A stretch of 64,000 nt of DNA. Source: an uncultured Clostridia bacterium (GTDB lineage Bacteria > Bacillota > Clostridia > Christensenellales > CAG-917). Below are positions 30,998 to 39,684 of this stretch, one piece after another (positions within the stretch are counted from its first letter, which is position 1; every line of letters starts with the position of its first letter). The notes beneath the pieces were generated by a model, which did no database searches, was not told the origin of the DNA, and saw only the letters and a list, made by a program, of their open reading frames with translations. The translations under genes were made by a program, and so were the position numbers. The stretch is taken from assembly GCA_944349635.1 (NCBI GenBank), contig CALVNH010000006.1:2195-66194 (forward strand), read 5' to 3'.

Positions 30998-32685
30998 AAA
31001 AGCGCATTCCTCTCATTGCCGTTCTGCTTGTCGCTGTGCTCTGCATCAGCCTGACGCTTGCCGCGTGTGACAAATCGGGCGCCGCGGGCGGCTCTTCCTC
31101 GGGCAAGGACGAACTGGTCATTTACAACTGGGAGCAGTACATCGACACGGGTATCATTCCCGATTTCGAGCAGTACTACTACGAGCTCACGGGGCGTCGT
31201 CTGGAAATCACCTATACCACATTCGACACCAACGAAACCATGATGACGAAGGTGCTCAAAAACGACGCCAACGTCGACCTCATCTGTCCCTCCGAATACG
31301 CCATAGAAAAGCTCATGAGCGCGGGATTCGTCAAAAACCTCAAAGAGGTGGAAAACCGGCTCACCGAACAGTACGGCGGAAAATACACCTTCGACAACAT
31401 GCACTCCAACATCGAGCCCGAGGTCATGAGCGCAATAAAGACGATGTTCTCCGCAGTTCAGGCGGGCGACAAGACATACGATATGACGGAATACATGGTG
31501 CCTTACATGTGGGGCACGCTGGGACTTCTGTACAACAAGAACGTCGTCAGCGAAGAAGAACTGGAAAAATACGGCTGGGGAATGCTCTGGAACGAGAGCA
31601 ACAACCCCGAACTGGAAGGCAAAATTCTGGTCAAGGACAGCATTCGCGACACGTATTGCGCGGCGGTACTCTACCTCAAAGAATACAACAAACTTCCCGA
31701 CGGCGTCTCCGCCACGCAAGGAGTGCCGTATAGCGAACTCTCCGTTGCCGACCTCATCAACTGCACCGACGACGCCCTGCTCAAAGCGGCGGAAGAAGCT
31801 CTCACGGAACAGCGCGACCACATTGCGGGCTACGAAGTGGACTTCGGCAAGGACGATATGCTGAACGAAATCGTCTATCTCGACCTCGCATGGAGCGGCG
31901 ACGCCCTGTGGGCAATCGAAGAAAGCTACGACGAGGAAGCCGACGACTATCTGCTGGGTTATTACGTCCCCGAAATCGGCTCCAACATCTGGTACGACGG
32001 CTGGATTATCCCCACCTCCGCAAAGAACGAACTTGCGGCAATGCTGTTCATCGACTATATGTGCACTCCCCGTTCGGGCGCGCGCAACACGGGTTACATC
32101 GGCTACACCTCCGCCGTCGCCAAAGACAAACTGATGAGCGACCAAGGTGCGATAGACGCGCTTCTCGACGTGGAATATCTCTGGTACGCCAGCAGCGAAG
32201 AGTGCAAAATCTTCTTTGACGCCGACGGCAACAGCGTGTTCCGCTACGAATGGACGGAAGGCGACGTGTACTATCTCTACGCCGACGGTTCCGAAGCCGA
32301 AATCGACGACGAAAGCACCCTGACTCCCGCGGGCTACGAAACGGACGAAGACGGCTACTATCTTACCGCCGACGGCGAAAACATCGTCGACGCCGACGCA
32401 ATGAGCTACTTCTTCTTCGACGAAGGCAGATATCCCGAAATCACCGAAACGCTGGGTGTCATGCGCGATTTCGGAAGTGCCAACGACAAGGTCGTGCAGA
32501 TGTGGGAGCGCGCAAAGGCGGGCACCGATACGCCGTGGGTTCTCATCTGGTGTCTCATTGCCATAACGGCCGTTGTGGGAATATCCGCGGGCGCGTACTT
32601 CCTCAAAGAATATCTCAAACGCCGTCCGCGCAAACTGCCGAAGGACGCAAGCCTTTCACCCGACAACGGCGACACAATCGCATGA
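30994..32685 (+). CDS. potD: spermidine/putrescine-binding lipoprotein with a C-terminal TM segment
   Basis: 563 aa. It has a signal peptide plus lipobox (ISLTLAAC), and the PotD-like core begins DELVIYNWEQYID. The C-terminal hydrophobic helix is WVLIWCLIAITAVVGISAGAYFL. ATGA overlap with potC. Confidence 0.85.
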   Translation: MKKRIPLIAVLLVAVLCISLTLAACDKSGAAGGSSSGKDELVIYNWEQYIDTGIIPDFEQYYYELTGRRLEITYTTFDTNETMMTKVLKNDANVDLICPSEYAIEKLMSAGFVKNLKEVENRLTEQYGGKYTFDNMHSNIEPEVMSAIKTMFSAVQAGDKTYDMTEYMVPYMWGTLGLLYNKNVVSEEELEKYGWGMLWNESNNPELEGKILVKDSIRDTYCAAVLYLKEYNKLPDGVSATQGVPYSELSVADLINCTDDALLKAAEEALTEQRDHIAGYEVDFGKDDMLNEIVYLDLAWSGDALWAIEESYDEEADDYLLGYYVPEIGSNIWYDGWIIPTSAKNELAAMLFIDYMCTPRSGARNTGYIGYTSAVAKDKLMSDQGAIDALLDVEYLWYASSEECKIFFDADGNSVFRYEWTEGDVYYLYADGSEAEIDDESTLTPAGYETDEDGYYLTADGENIVDADAMSYFFFDEGRYPEITETLGVMRDFGSANDKVVQMWERAKAGTDTPWVLIWCLIAITAVVGISAGAYFLKEYLKRRPRKLPKDASLSPDNGDTIA

Positions 32686-32716
32686 CGTCCGAGGGACAAT
32701 ATCGACAACATCGCCA

Positions 32717-32744
32717 ACGGAGCGCAACGCGCTCCGTTTTTTTT
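32717..32744 (+). terminator. pot operon intrinsic terminator
   Basis: ACGGAGCG-caacg-CGCTCCGT (8 bp) followed by a run of eight T residues. Confidence 0.85.
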
Positions 32745-32901
32745 ACACAAAGCGCGAGACGGTAGGCATACATAACTGCGGTGCTGGAGCACACAATAAT
32801 TGCGTATTGCATAAACCGCACTTTTTATATATAATTAAATGCAGGGATGGCGATACAAAACGCAGGACCCGAACAGCTTTCAACCGGAGGGAGAACAAAT
32901 C

Positions 32902-33408
32902 ATGAAACTGACCATCGACCAAAAATTCATTTCCATAGGAAATAAAACGGCCGTTGTGGACGAAACGGGCAAACAGTGGTTCCGTTGCCAGGGCAAACTG
33001 TTCCGTTTCAACCCCAACTTCTGCATTTACGACCTTTACGAACAACCCATCTTTTACATCAAGAAAAGATATTTCCGTCTGCTGGGCAGATTCGACCTTT
33101 ATCGCGGCGACAGACAGTCGAAATTCGGCACGATGAAAGGCAGATTGCACGCGCCGCTGACCCGTCGTTTCAGAATGGACACCGATATGGGCAAATACTA
33201 TGTCATTGAGGGCAAATGGAACTCATCCGCCTACGCGGTGACGGGTGCCGGCTGGAAGTTCGACAAGAAACACCCCGTGCTGAAAATGCACAAAAAATTC
33301 TTTCATATCCGCGACAGATTCTTTGTCGATTTCGACGAAACCAAGATGGACCCCGCAATCGCGACCATCATCGGCCTTGTCAACGACATGATTTTCCACA
33401 ACAAATAA
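32902..33408 (+). CDS. LURP-one-related / tubby-C-like family protein (DUF567-type)
   Basis: ORF 32839-33408, start moved to ATG 32902 (GGAGGGAG RBS). MKLTIDQKFISIGNKTAVVDETGKQWFRCQGKLFRFNPNFCIYDLYEQPIFYIKKRYFRLLGRFDLY matches my recollection of the LURP1/DUF567 repeat pattern. Confidence 0.6.
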   Translation: MKLTIDQKFISIGNKTAVVDETGKQWFRCQGKLFRFNPNFCIYDLYEQPIFYIKKRYFRLLGRFDLYRGDRQSKFGTMKGRLHAPLTRRFRMDTDMGKYYVIEGKWNSSAYAVTGAGWKFDKKHPVLKMHKKFFHIRDRFFVDFDETKMDPAIATIIGLVNDMIFHNK

Positions 33409-33437
33409 TATGCGGCAATACACGTCCGCAAAACATA

Positions 33438-33470
33438 AAGACCGCCTTCAACGGCGGTCTTTCGTATTTT
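33438..33470. terminator. bidirectional intrinsic terminator
   Basis: AAGACCGCC-ttcaac-GGCGGTCTT (9 bp) with T-rich sequence downstream and A-rich sequence upstream. It lies between convergent genes. Confidence 0.7.
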
Positions 33471-33555
33471 CGTATTTCGGCAAACAGTGTTTATGCCCGC
33501 AAGAGTTTTTTGCGCCGTATTCCCGCAAAAAAGCCGCTTCGGCATGGCCGCAAAT

Positions 33556-34416
33556 TCATCTGCCGTCTTTAAGCGCGCGCAGCATTTCGCTCACTCGTCT
33601 GCCCGTCAACGGGTGAATGAAAGCCGGCGCGAGTTCGGCAAGCGGTTGCAACACGAAAAGTCTGTTTTCCATATCGGGATGAGGCAGCGTCAGCCTTCCG
33701 CTTCCCCTGACTTCCTCGCCGAAGAACAGAATGTCCAAATCGAGAGTCCTGTCATCCCAACGCTTCAGCCTTTCTCTTCCGCACGAACGTTCGATTTCCT
33801 GTAAAAGGGCAAGCAGACTTTCGGGCGTGTGCAAAGTCACCACTTCCGCAACGGAATTCAGAAACTCGCCCTGCGCCACTCCGCCGTACGGAGGAGTGAC
33901 GATACGCGTGCTCTCACGCACGGACAGCACCAGTTCGTCTGCCGAAAGCAACTCCAAAGCTCTGTCGAGATATGCCGCCCTGTCGCCCATGCTTGAACCC
34001 AGAGCGACGTACGCCACGGAACGCCGCACAGCGGCCGTGACCCCCACGGCGTCGAACACCCCCTTCATGGGAGCGTCGGGCTTGCGCACCGTAACCGTAA
34101 CTCGCTCCGCAAGAGGGAATTCCTTTGCCAGCATACGCGCCGTGCCGGTCGCCAGATATTCCAGCAAATTTCTGCTTTCTTGCAAGAAAAAGGCTTTTAT
34201 ACGCTTGCATACCGCAGAATAACTTATCGTTTGGTCGATATCGTCGGTTTCGGCGGCTCTCGTCACGTCGCAATCAAGCCACGCGGAAATCAAGAACCGC
34301 TGTGCGTCAATTTTTTCTTCGGGATTGACGCCGTGACACGCCGTCACCTCGTAATTTTCCACGAACACGCACCCGTTGCACCCGCCGTTCCTTTTTGCGA
34401 ATTCCGAAGGATTCAT
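33556..34416 (-). CDS. folK: bifunctional dihydroneopterin aldolase / HPPK (FolB-FolK fusion)
   Basis: 286 aa. The N-terminal half is FolB-like (VFVENYEVTACHGVNPEEKIDAQRFLISAW). The C-terminal half is HPPK (AYVALGSSMGDRAAYLDRA ... RWDDRTLDLDILFF). ATGA overlap with folP. Confidence 0.85.
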   Translation of the reverse strand: MNPSEFAKRNGGCNGCVFVENYEVTACHGVNPEEKIDAQRFLISAWLDCDVTRAAETDDIDQTISYSAVCKRIKAFFLQESRNLLEYLATGTARMLAKEFPLAERVTVTVRKPDAPMKGVFDAVGVTAAVRRSVAYVALGSSMGDRAAYLDRALELLSADELVLSVRESTRIVTPPYGGVAQGEFLNSVAEVVTLHTPESLLALLQEIERSCGRERLKRWDDRTLDLDILFFGEEVRGSGRLTLPHPDMENRLFVLQPLAELAPAFIHPLTGRRVSEMLRALKDGR

Positions 34417-35201
34417 CTGCCGCCTCCCGTGACGGAGTCTATCGCCAGTTTGTTTTCACGCACGTCGTGCACGCGCACGAACATTATCCCGCTCTTCGCC
34501 GCAAAGACACTTGTCTCCATGGTTGCCGTGAGCCTCTCGCTCACGTCGCCTCCGAAAAACGATTTGCGGGAAGTGCCGAGCAGAAGCGGATATCCCGCAA
34601 GCGAAAGTTCCGCATAATGTTTCAAAAGGTATCTGTCCTCGTCGGCGGATTTGTTGAAACCGATTCCACCGTCCAGCAGGATTCCGTCCTCTCTGACGCC
34701 CGCGCGCAACGCCCTGTCGGCGGCGAGTGCAAGCCCCGTCTGTTTGTCCGTCATGAGGTCGGGGACGGTACTCTGTCTGCGGTTGTGCATTATGCAGATG
34801 CCCGCACCGTACTTTGCCACGGCTTCCGCAAGAGCCACGTCCGCAAGACCCGACACGTCGTTTATCATATCCGCGCCCGCAGCGAGGGCTTCCTCCGCCA
34901 CTTCCGGATAGAACGTGTCGACGGAAATCAGGCAGTCCGACGACGCACGGATTTCCTCCACGGCGGGAATCACGCGCGAAAGTTCTTCCAGCACGCTGAC
35001 GGGCGTCGACGCAGGACGTGTGGATTGTCCTCCGACGTCGATAATCTCCGCACCGTCTTTCAACATCTTCAAAGCGCGTTCGGCAAAACCCCCGCCCACC
35101 CTGCTCGGAGCGAAAAAGGAGTCTGGCGTCACGTTGAGAATGCCCATAACGTGCGTCCCGCCCGAAAATACTCTGTCCCGCAGTCTGAAAACTCCGCTCA
35201 T
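34413..35201 (-). CDS. folP: dihydropteroate synthase
   Basis: ORF 34413-35630, start moved to ATG 35201 (ATGA overlap with the folE stop). Motifs [15 protein letters not shown] and [11 protein letters not shown] are present. Confidence 0.9.
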   Translation of the reverse strand: MSGVFRLRDRVFSGGTHVMGILNVTPDSFFAPSRVGGGFAERALKMLKDGAEIIDVGGQSTRPASTPVSVLEELSRVIPAVEEIRASSDCLISVDTFYPEVAEEALAAGADMINDVSGLADVALAEAVAKYGAGICIMHNRRQSTVPDLMTDKQTGLALAADRALRAGVREDGILLDGGIGFNKSADEDRYLLKHYAELSLAGYPLLLGTSRKSFFGGDVSERLTATMETSVFAAKSGIMFVRVHDVRENKLAIDSVTGGGR

Positions 35202-35755
35202 TCTCTTCCCTCCGCAAAAGACAACAGCGTGCGCAGAACGCTGTCGGGAACATCGCCGCGCACGGCGTAAGACAATGTCTTGCTGCCCGTTTTTTTGACG
35301 CCCCTCGCCGTCATGCAGGTGTGCTCCGCCTCCACGACGACGGCAACTCCTTTCGGTGCGAGATGTTCGTATATCGCGTCGGCAATCTGCGCGTTCATGC
35401 GCTCCTGCAACTGCAAACGTCTGGCGTACGTCTCCACGACGCGGGCAAGTTTGGAAAGTCCCACAACCTTGCCGTCGGGAACGTAGGCAATGTGCACCTT
35501 TCCGAAAAACGGCATGAGGTGATGTTCGCACGTGGAAGAAAAAGCTATTCCCCTCTCCACAATCAACCCGCTGCCGCTCTCGGCAAACGTTTTTGACAGG
35601 TGCTCCGCGGGGTCGTCGGCATAACCGCACGTCAGTTCTTCAAACATGCGCGCAACCCTCTGCGGGGTCTCTCTGAGCCCCTCTCTCCCGCAATCTTCGC
35701 CGATTGCGTCGATGAGCTCCGCAACGGCTTTTTCCACTCTTTCACGGTCCACCAT
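35198..35755 (-). CDS. folE: GTP cyclohydrolase I
   Basis: ORF 35198-35896, start moved to ATG 35755 (GGGAGGTG 5 nt upstream). Motifs [12 protein letters not shown] and [15 protein letters not shown] are present. Confidence 0.9.
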   Translation of the reverse strand: MVDRERVEKAVAELIDAIGEDCGREGLRETPQRVARMFEELTCGYADDPAEHLSKTFAESGSGLIVERGIAFSSTCEHHLMPFFGKVHIAYVPDGKVVGLSKLARVVETYARRLQLQERMNAQIADAIYEHLAPKGVAVVVEAEHTCMTARGVKKTGSKTLSYAVRGDVPDSVLRTLLSFAEGRE

Positions 35756-35923
35756 AAAGGCACCTCCCGCGCCGCACGCAAAGCGCGCCGTGCGCAAATT
35801 GTATTTAGCGATTTCCGCTTCGGATTGTCGTAGCGCAAGTTCGTCCGAAGCCCCTTTTTCTTGTTGCGATTCCGCTTTGCGGCTTTCGTTTTTCACCGCA
35901 AACGGCGTTCTCCTCGTGTTCGT

Positions 35924-37261
35924 TTACGTCCTGCCTGCCCGCTGTCTTGCAAGTTGTCCGAACAGCGACAACGAACCGTATACCACGGCGCAATCGCACC
36001 CGTCGGCAAAGGCGCGCTCTATTCCCTCGCGCACGCTTTGCGCCGTCACCGTTTCGGGCGCGCCGTCACAGGAAACAACGGCTTTCGCGAGTTCTTCCGC
36101 GGGTAACGCGCGCGGCGACGGAGGAGTAACGCAATATATTTTCCTCATGAGCGGCGACAATGTGGCGCAGACGGAACCGAAATCCTTGTCTGCAAACATT
36201 CCCTGCACCCCGATTATGTCCGCTCCGTGCAGATATTCTTCCAGCGATTCTTTTAGGGCAAGCGCTCCTTGCGGATTGTGCGCACCGTCCAAAACAAGCA
36301 GTTTATCTTTCGGAATGTTCACATCATAAGGCGAATCGGCAATATTGTCTCCGTCAAGCACTTCAAATCGAACGTGCCATACCGCACGTTTCATTCCCTC
36401 TCTCACGGCTTTTTCGTCTATGTGCCAGCCCTTTTCGGACAGCCTCTGCAAAGCTTCGAGAGCCAGCGCCGCATTGACAAGCTGATGTCTGCCTTTCAAG
36501 CTGATTTCGTACGGCTTTCCCTTCCACACGAACCGCTGCCCTTCGAGACTTTTCCCCGTGCCTTGCGCTTCGGCGGCGACGACGGCGCCCTTTGAGGCAA
36601 GCACTTCCGCCGCTCCGTTTTCCTGCACGCAGGTCACTGCGGCGTCGCGGATTATGTCCGCTTTTTCCGCGGCAATTTCGGCATAGGTGTTCCCGAGAAG
36701 AGCGCAATGGTCCAAACCTATCTTCGTGATTACGGCAAGTTCCTTTTCGGCAACCGCGTTCGTAGCGTCCCATCTGCCGCCCAGTCCCGTTTCCAGAACG
36801 CACGCTTCGCAACCCTTGTCGGCGAAAGCGACGAGAGCAAGTGCGGTTTCAAGTTCGAACGCCGTGGGACAAAAAATTCTTTCGCGCGCACTCGCGCATT
36901 CGTCTGCCGAATAAAGCGCGGCGCGACGGGCGTTCTCCTTCTCCGCCGCCTCGCGGACAACCGTCATGTATTTCGCAACGTCCCCGTCGGAAAGCGGCTT
37001 GCCGTCGATAAGAAACCTTTCGTTGTAATCCAGCACGGAGGGGGAATTGTACGTCCCCGTCTTGTAGCCCGCGGCAACAAGCACGGACGTGAGAAAAGCG
37101 CAGACCGACCCTTTGCCGTTGGTGCCCGCCACGTGCACGATTTTCAGTTTTCTGTCGGGCTCTCCGAGTAAAAGCAAAAACTCGCGCATGCGCTCTATTC
37201 CGTAATCGGAGCCCGCGCGCTCGATGTTGCGTATGAAGTCCAAGGCTTCACGATAAAACAA
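35924..37261 (-). CDS. folC: folylpolyglutamate synthase / dihydrofolate synthase
   Basis: Mur-ligase ATP site HVAGTNGKGSV. The ORF-track start (GTG 37315) falls inside the riboswitch aptamer. The in-frame TTG 37261, preceded by AGGGAGG, is the more likely start. Confidence 0.85.
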   Translation of the reverse strand: MFYREALDFIRNIERAGSDYGIERMREFLLLLGEPDRKLKIVHVAGTNGKGSVCAFLTSVLVAAGYKTGTYNSPSVLDYNERFLIDGKPLSDGDVAKYMTVVREAAEKENARRAALYSADECASARERIFCPTAFELETALALVAFADKGCEACVLETGLGGRWDATNAVAEKELAVITKIGLDHCALLGNTYAEIAAEKADIIRDAAVTCVQENGAAEVLASKGAVVAAEAQGTGKSLEGQRFVWKGKPYEISLKGRHQLVNAALALEALQRLSEKGWHIDEKAVREGMKRAVWHVRFEVLDGDNIADSPYDVNIPKDKLLVLDGAHNPQGALALKESLEEYLHGADIIGVQGMFADKDFGSVCATLSPLMRKIYCVTPPSPRALPAEELAKAVVSCDGAPETVTAQSVREGIERAFADGCDCAVVYGSLSLFGQLARQRAGRT

Positions 37262-37297
37262 AAAGCACCTCCCTAGAAGCACTTCTCGCAAACGAAG

Positions 37298-37392
37298 CGG
37301 GAGTGAAAAATGCACCGCAAGTCAAAGACTTTTCGTCCGCGAGCACCCCCCGTCTCGTCGGCACTTAACGCGCAAGTTTCTACTACTTCCAA
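37298..37392 (-). promoter_or_regulatory. THF (tetrahydrofolate) riboswitch, class I, leader of folC-folE-folP-folBK
   Basis: The minus strand reads GGAAGUAGUAGAAACUUGCGCGUUAAGUGCCGACGAGACGGGGGGUGCUCGCGGACGAAAAGUCUUUGACUUGCGGUGCAUUUUUCACUCC. From memory it shares the conserved THF-I blocks: GGAGAGUAG-like 5' end, GCGUUAAGUG, GGGAUG-like, ACGAA, GCGGUG and CAU...CUCC. Confidence 0.8.
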
Positions 37393-37417
37393 GTAATATG
37401 GGGTAAACTGTGAAAAT

Positions 37418-37446
37418 ATTGTATCACCTTCGCACGCCTAAATCAA
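37418..37446 (-). promoter_or_regulatory. sigma-70-type promoter of the folate operon
   Basis: The minus strand reads TTGATT-17 nt-TACAAT, with TG at the extended -10 position (gTGaTACAAT). It lies about 25 nt upstream of the riboswitch 5' end. Confidence 0.6.
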
Positions 37447-37663
37447 ACGAATTGAACACAGTCGGAATTTTTAGGCAATGAGGAAACCCGCACACGCGCG
37501 CCGTCGCGGACGTTCCTCTCTCCCGACGCGCACCTCGTCACGCGTTGTGCGGAGTCGCTCTCCGCGTCCGACGACGCGTCGCGAATGAGCCGAAAAGTTG
37601 CTCTTCCCGTCCTTTCCGCCGTGTTTTTCGGATTCGGTCCGCCACCTTCGGGGCTTTTGGGTA

Positions 37664-37692
37664 TTGCATATTCGCCGTCCGTAATGTAAAAT
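37664..37692 (+). promoter_or_regulatory. sigma-70-type promoter of the two-gene membrane-protein operon
   Basis: TTGCAT-17 nt-TAAAAT, 28 nt upstream of ATG 37721. The short leader contains a GGAG RBS. Confidence 0.5.
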
Positions 37693-37720
37693 TGTTGTAT
37701 AAAATTTTACGGAGCTTACT

Positions 37721-38596
37721 ATGATTTCCAACATTTCAGCTGCGGAATTCTCGGTAGACAGCCCTCTCATTTACGCGCTGTATGCCGTCATCGTGCTCTT
37801 CGTGGTGGTCGAATCCGTCTTTTATCTCATCAAATCGATTAACCGCGCCAAGCAAATCGGAATGGATATGGGAGTTATCAAAAAGGTCATCACCACTTCC
37901 GTATCGTTCTCCGTACTGCCCGCGATAGGCGTTGCCATAGGCGTGGTGACTCTTGTCGGTGCGCTGGGGGTCGCATTACCCGCCATCAGGCTTTCCGTCA
38001 TAGGCTCGCTGCAATACGAGGCGCAGATGGCGGCGGGCGCGGCGGAAGCGCTGACGGGCACCCCCGACGGGCTCACGGCATTGATGGAGAGAGGCGGCGT
38101 CACTGCGCGGGAATTCGTCACCATCGCCTCCGTCATGACGATGGCGATAATCATCGGTCCCGTACTCGTCACGCTCGGCTATAAAAAATTCCAGCCGCAA
38201 CTTGCCAAACTCGGCAACCTCAAAGGCAGTGCCGACGGCAAAATAAACCTCGGCGAACTGGCGTTTGCGGTGGTGTTCATCGGAATGATTATAGGTTATT
38301 TCGGAATGAGCATCGCGTCGATAGCCGGCTATACGGAGCTTGCCGACGGCAGCACGGTGAATTCAGCCACGCTCGTCGCATCGTATTACAATTTCATCGC
38401 CGTAATTGTCGCGGCGCTTTGTATGTACGTTTTCGAACTTCTGATAAAGAATCTCAACTGGAAGTGGCTGGACAACTTCTCCACGGCATTCTCGATGCTA
38501 ATCGCAATGGCGGTCGTCGCCGTCATCAGCTATTTCTGCAACAAGAACGGCTGGGACCCCGCGGTTGCGACGTCCGTCGCCGCCGTTATGATGTAG
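37721..38596 (+). CDS. hypothetical polytopic membrane protein (about 7 TM)
   Basis: 291 aa with GGAG 6 nt upstream. It has multiple hydrophobic helices (LIYALYAVIVLFVVVESVFYLI, VSFSVLPAIGVAIGVVTLVGALGVALPAI, and others). No family confidently recognised. Confidence 0.7.
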   Translation: MISNISAAEFSVDSPLIYALYAVIVLFVVVESVFYLIKSINRAKQIGMDMGVIKKVITTSVSFSVLPAIGVAIGVVTLVGALGVALPAIRLSVIGSLQYEAQMAAGAAEALTGTPDGLTALMERGGVTAREFVTIASVMTMAIIIGPVLVTLGYKKFQPQLAKLGNLKGSADGKINLGELAFAVVFIGMIIGYFGMSIASIAGYTELADGSTVNSATLVASYYNFIAVIVAALCMYVFELLIKNLNWKWLDNFSTAFSMLIAMAVVAVISYFCNKNGWDPAVATSVAAVMM

Positions 38597-38605
38597 GAGG
38601 CAATT

Positions 38606-39493
38606 ATGGCAAAGAAAAACGGCAACCGTAATTCAACCATAGTAGACTTCAACGTAAAACTTCACCGCATAGGCAGAATCTGGACGTCAATCGGCATACT
38701 GCTCATCATTTCCGTTCCGATTATCATAGGCATATACTACAATGCGGAACCCGACTGGTCCGCTCTCATCAACGGCGCCGTCATAAGCGTTGCGCTGATA
38801 AACGTGCTGGCGGGAATTTTCGAACCCATCATCTACGCGCCCATGCTCGGCACCAACGGCGAGTATCTGGCGTTCATAACAGGCAATCTGTCCAACCTGA
38901 AAATCCCCTGCGTCGTAAAGGCACAGGAAATCGCGGGAACGAAGATAGGCACGGAAGAAAACGAACTGGTCAGCACCATTTCCATTGCCGTGAGTTCGCT
39001 GGTCACAATACTAATAATCGCGATAATCGTCATCCCTCTCGCCGTCTCTCCTCTGGTGGAAACCATAGAAAAGAACGCGTTTATCAAACCCGCATTCGGG
39101 TGCGTCGTTTACGCGCTGTTCGGTTCTCTCGGCGGAAAATACGTCGTCAAGCACCCCAAACTCGCCGCCGTGCCCGCACTCATTCTCATCGTACTGAGCG
39201 CTCTGCTCGCCCGCTTCAAAATCAGTCTCGGAAGCGTTTCGCTCTTCGTCGGAATCGCCGTCGCAATGGTGTTTGCGGCAATACAGTTCGTCAAGGAAAA
39301 AAACAAGCTGAAAAGAAAGGAAGAAATGCAGAGACTGGAAGCCATTGCCGCGGGTATGTCCTACGAACAGGTCCTTGCAATAGAAAAGGCGCAGAAAGCC
39401 GACGAGTCGGGAGAAAAGACGTCGGACTCCGCAGAAGAAACGGAAGTTGCCGCCGACGAAACGGAAAAACCCGAACAGCAGAGCGAAAGCTGA
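38606..39493 (+). CDS. hypothetical polytopic membrane protein with an acidic C-terminal tail
   Basis: 295 aa with an AGGAGG RBS, 9 nt after the upstream stop. It has about 6 hydrophobic helices, then KEKNKLKRKEEMQRLEA... and an E/T/S-rich tail. No family recognised. Confidence 0.7.
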   Translation: MAKKNGNRNSTIVDFNVKLHRIGRIWTSIGILLIISVPIIIGIYYNAEPDWSALINGAVISVALINVLAGIFEPIIYAPMLGTNGEYLAFITGNLSNLKIPCVVKAQEIAGTKIGTEENELVSTISIAVSSLVTILIIAIIVIPLAVSPLVETIEKNAFIKPAFGCVVYALFGSLGGKYVVKHPKLAAVPALILIVLSALLARFKISLGSVSLFVGIAVAMVFAAIQFVKEKNKLKRKEEMQRLEAIAAGMSYEQVLAIEKAQKADESGEKTSDSAEETEVAADETEKPEQQSES

Positions 39494-39530
39494 CGCGCAC
39501 CGCAAAGCCACAGAAAATCAGTCATCACGA

Positions 39531-39555
39531 AAGCCGCCCTCCTGGGCGGCTTTTT
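39531..39555. terminator. bidirectional intrinsic terminator
   Basis: AAGCCGCCC-tcct-GGGCGGCTT (9 bp) followed by TTTTT. It lies between convergent operons. Confidence 0.85.
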
Positions 39556-39684
39556 CAATGACGCTTTTCAGTGATTCTTTCGGGTGGCCTCCGCTTCACG
39601 GACGATTGCTCCGTCGCAACCGACTGCTTCCAGGTCGAAAAGCCAACGCCGACGGCACCTGACGGGCACACCGAAAACACGGAG

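Noticed and set aside
30946-32145. 399-aa ORF antisense to potD.
   Set aside because: It is a shadow ORF, and potD is well supported on the + strand.
37478-37588. 36-codon Arg/Ser-rich micro-ORF (MRKPAHARRRGRSSLPTRTSSRVVRSRSPRPTTRRE) in the GC-rich spacer.
   Set aside because: It has no RBS, and its composition is what CG-rich palindromic DNA yields by chance. The region is treated as a nucleic-acid-level feature instead.
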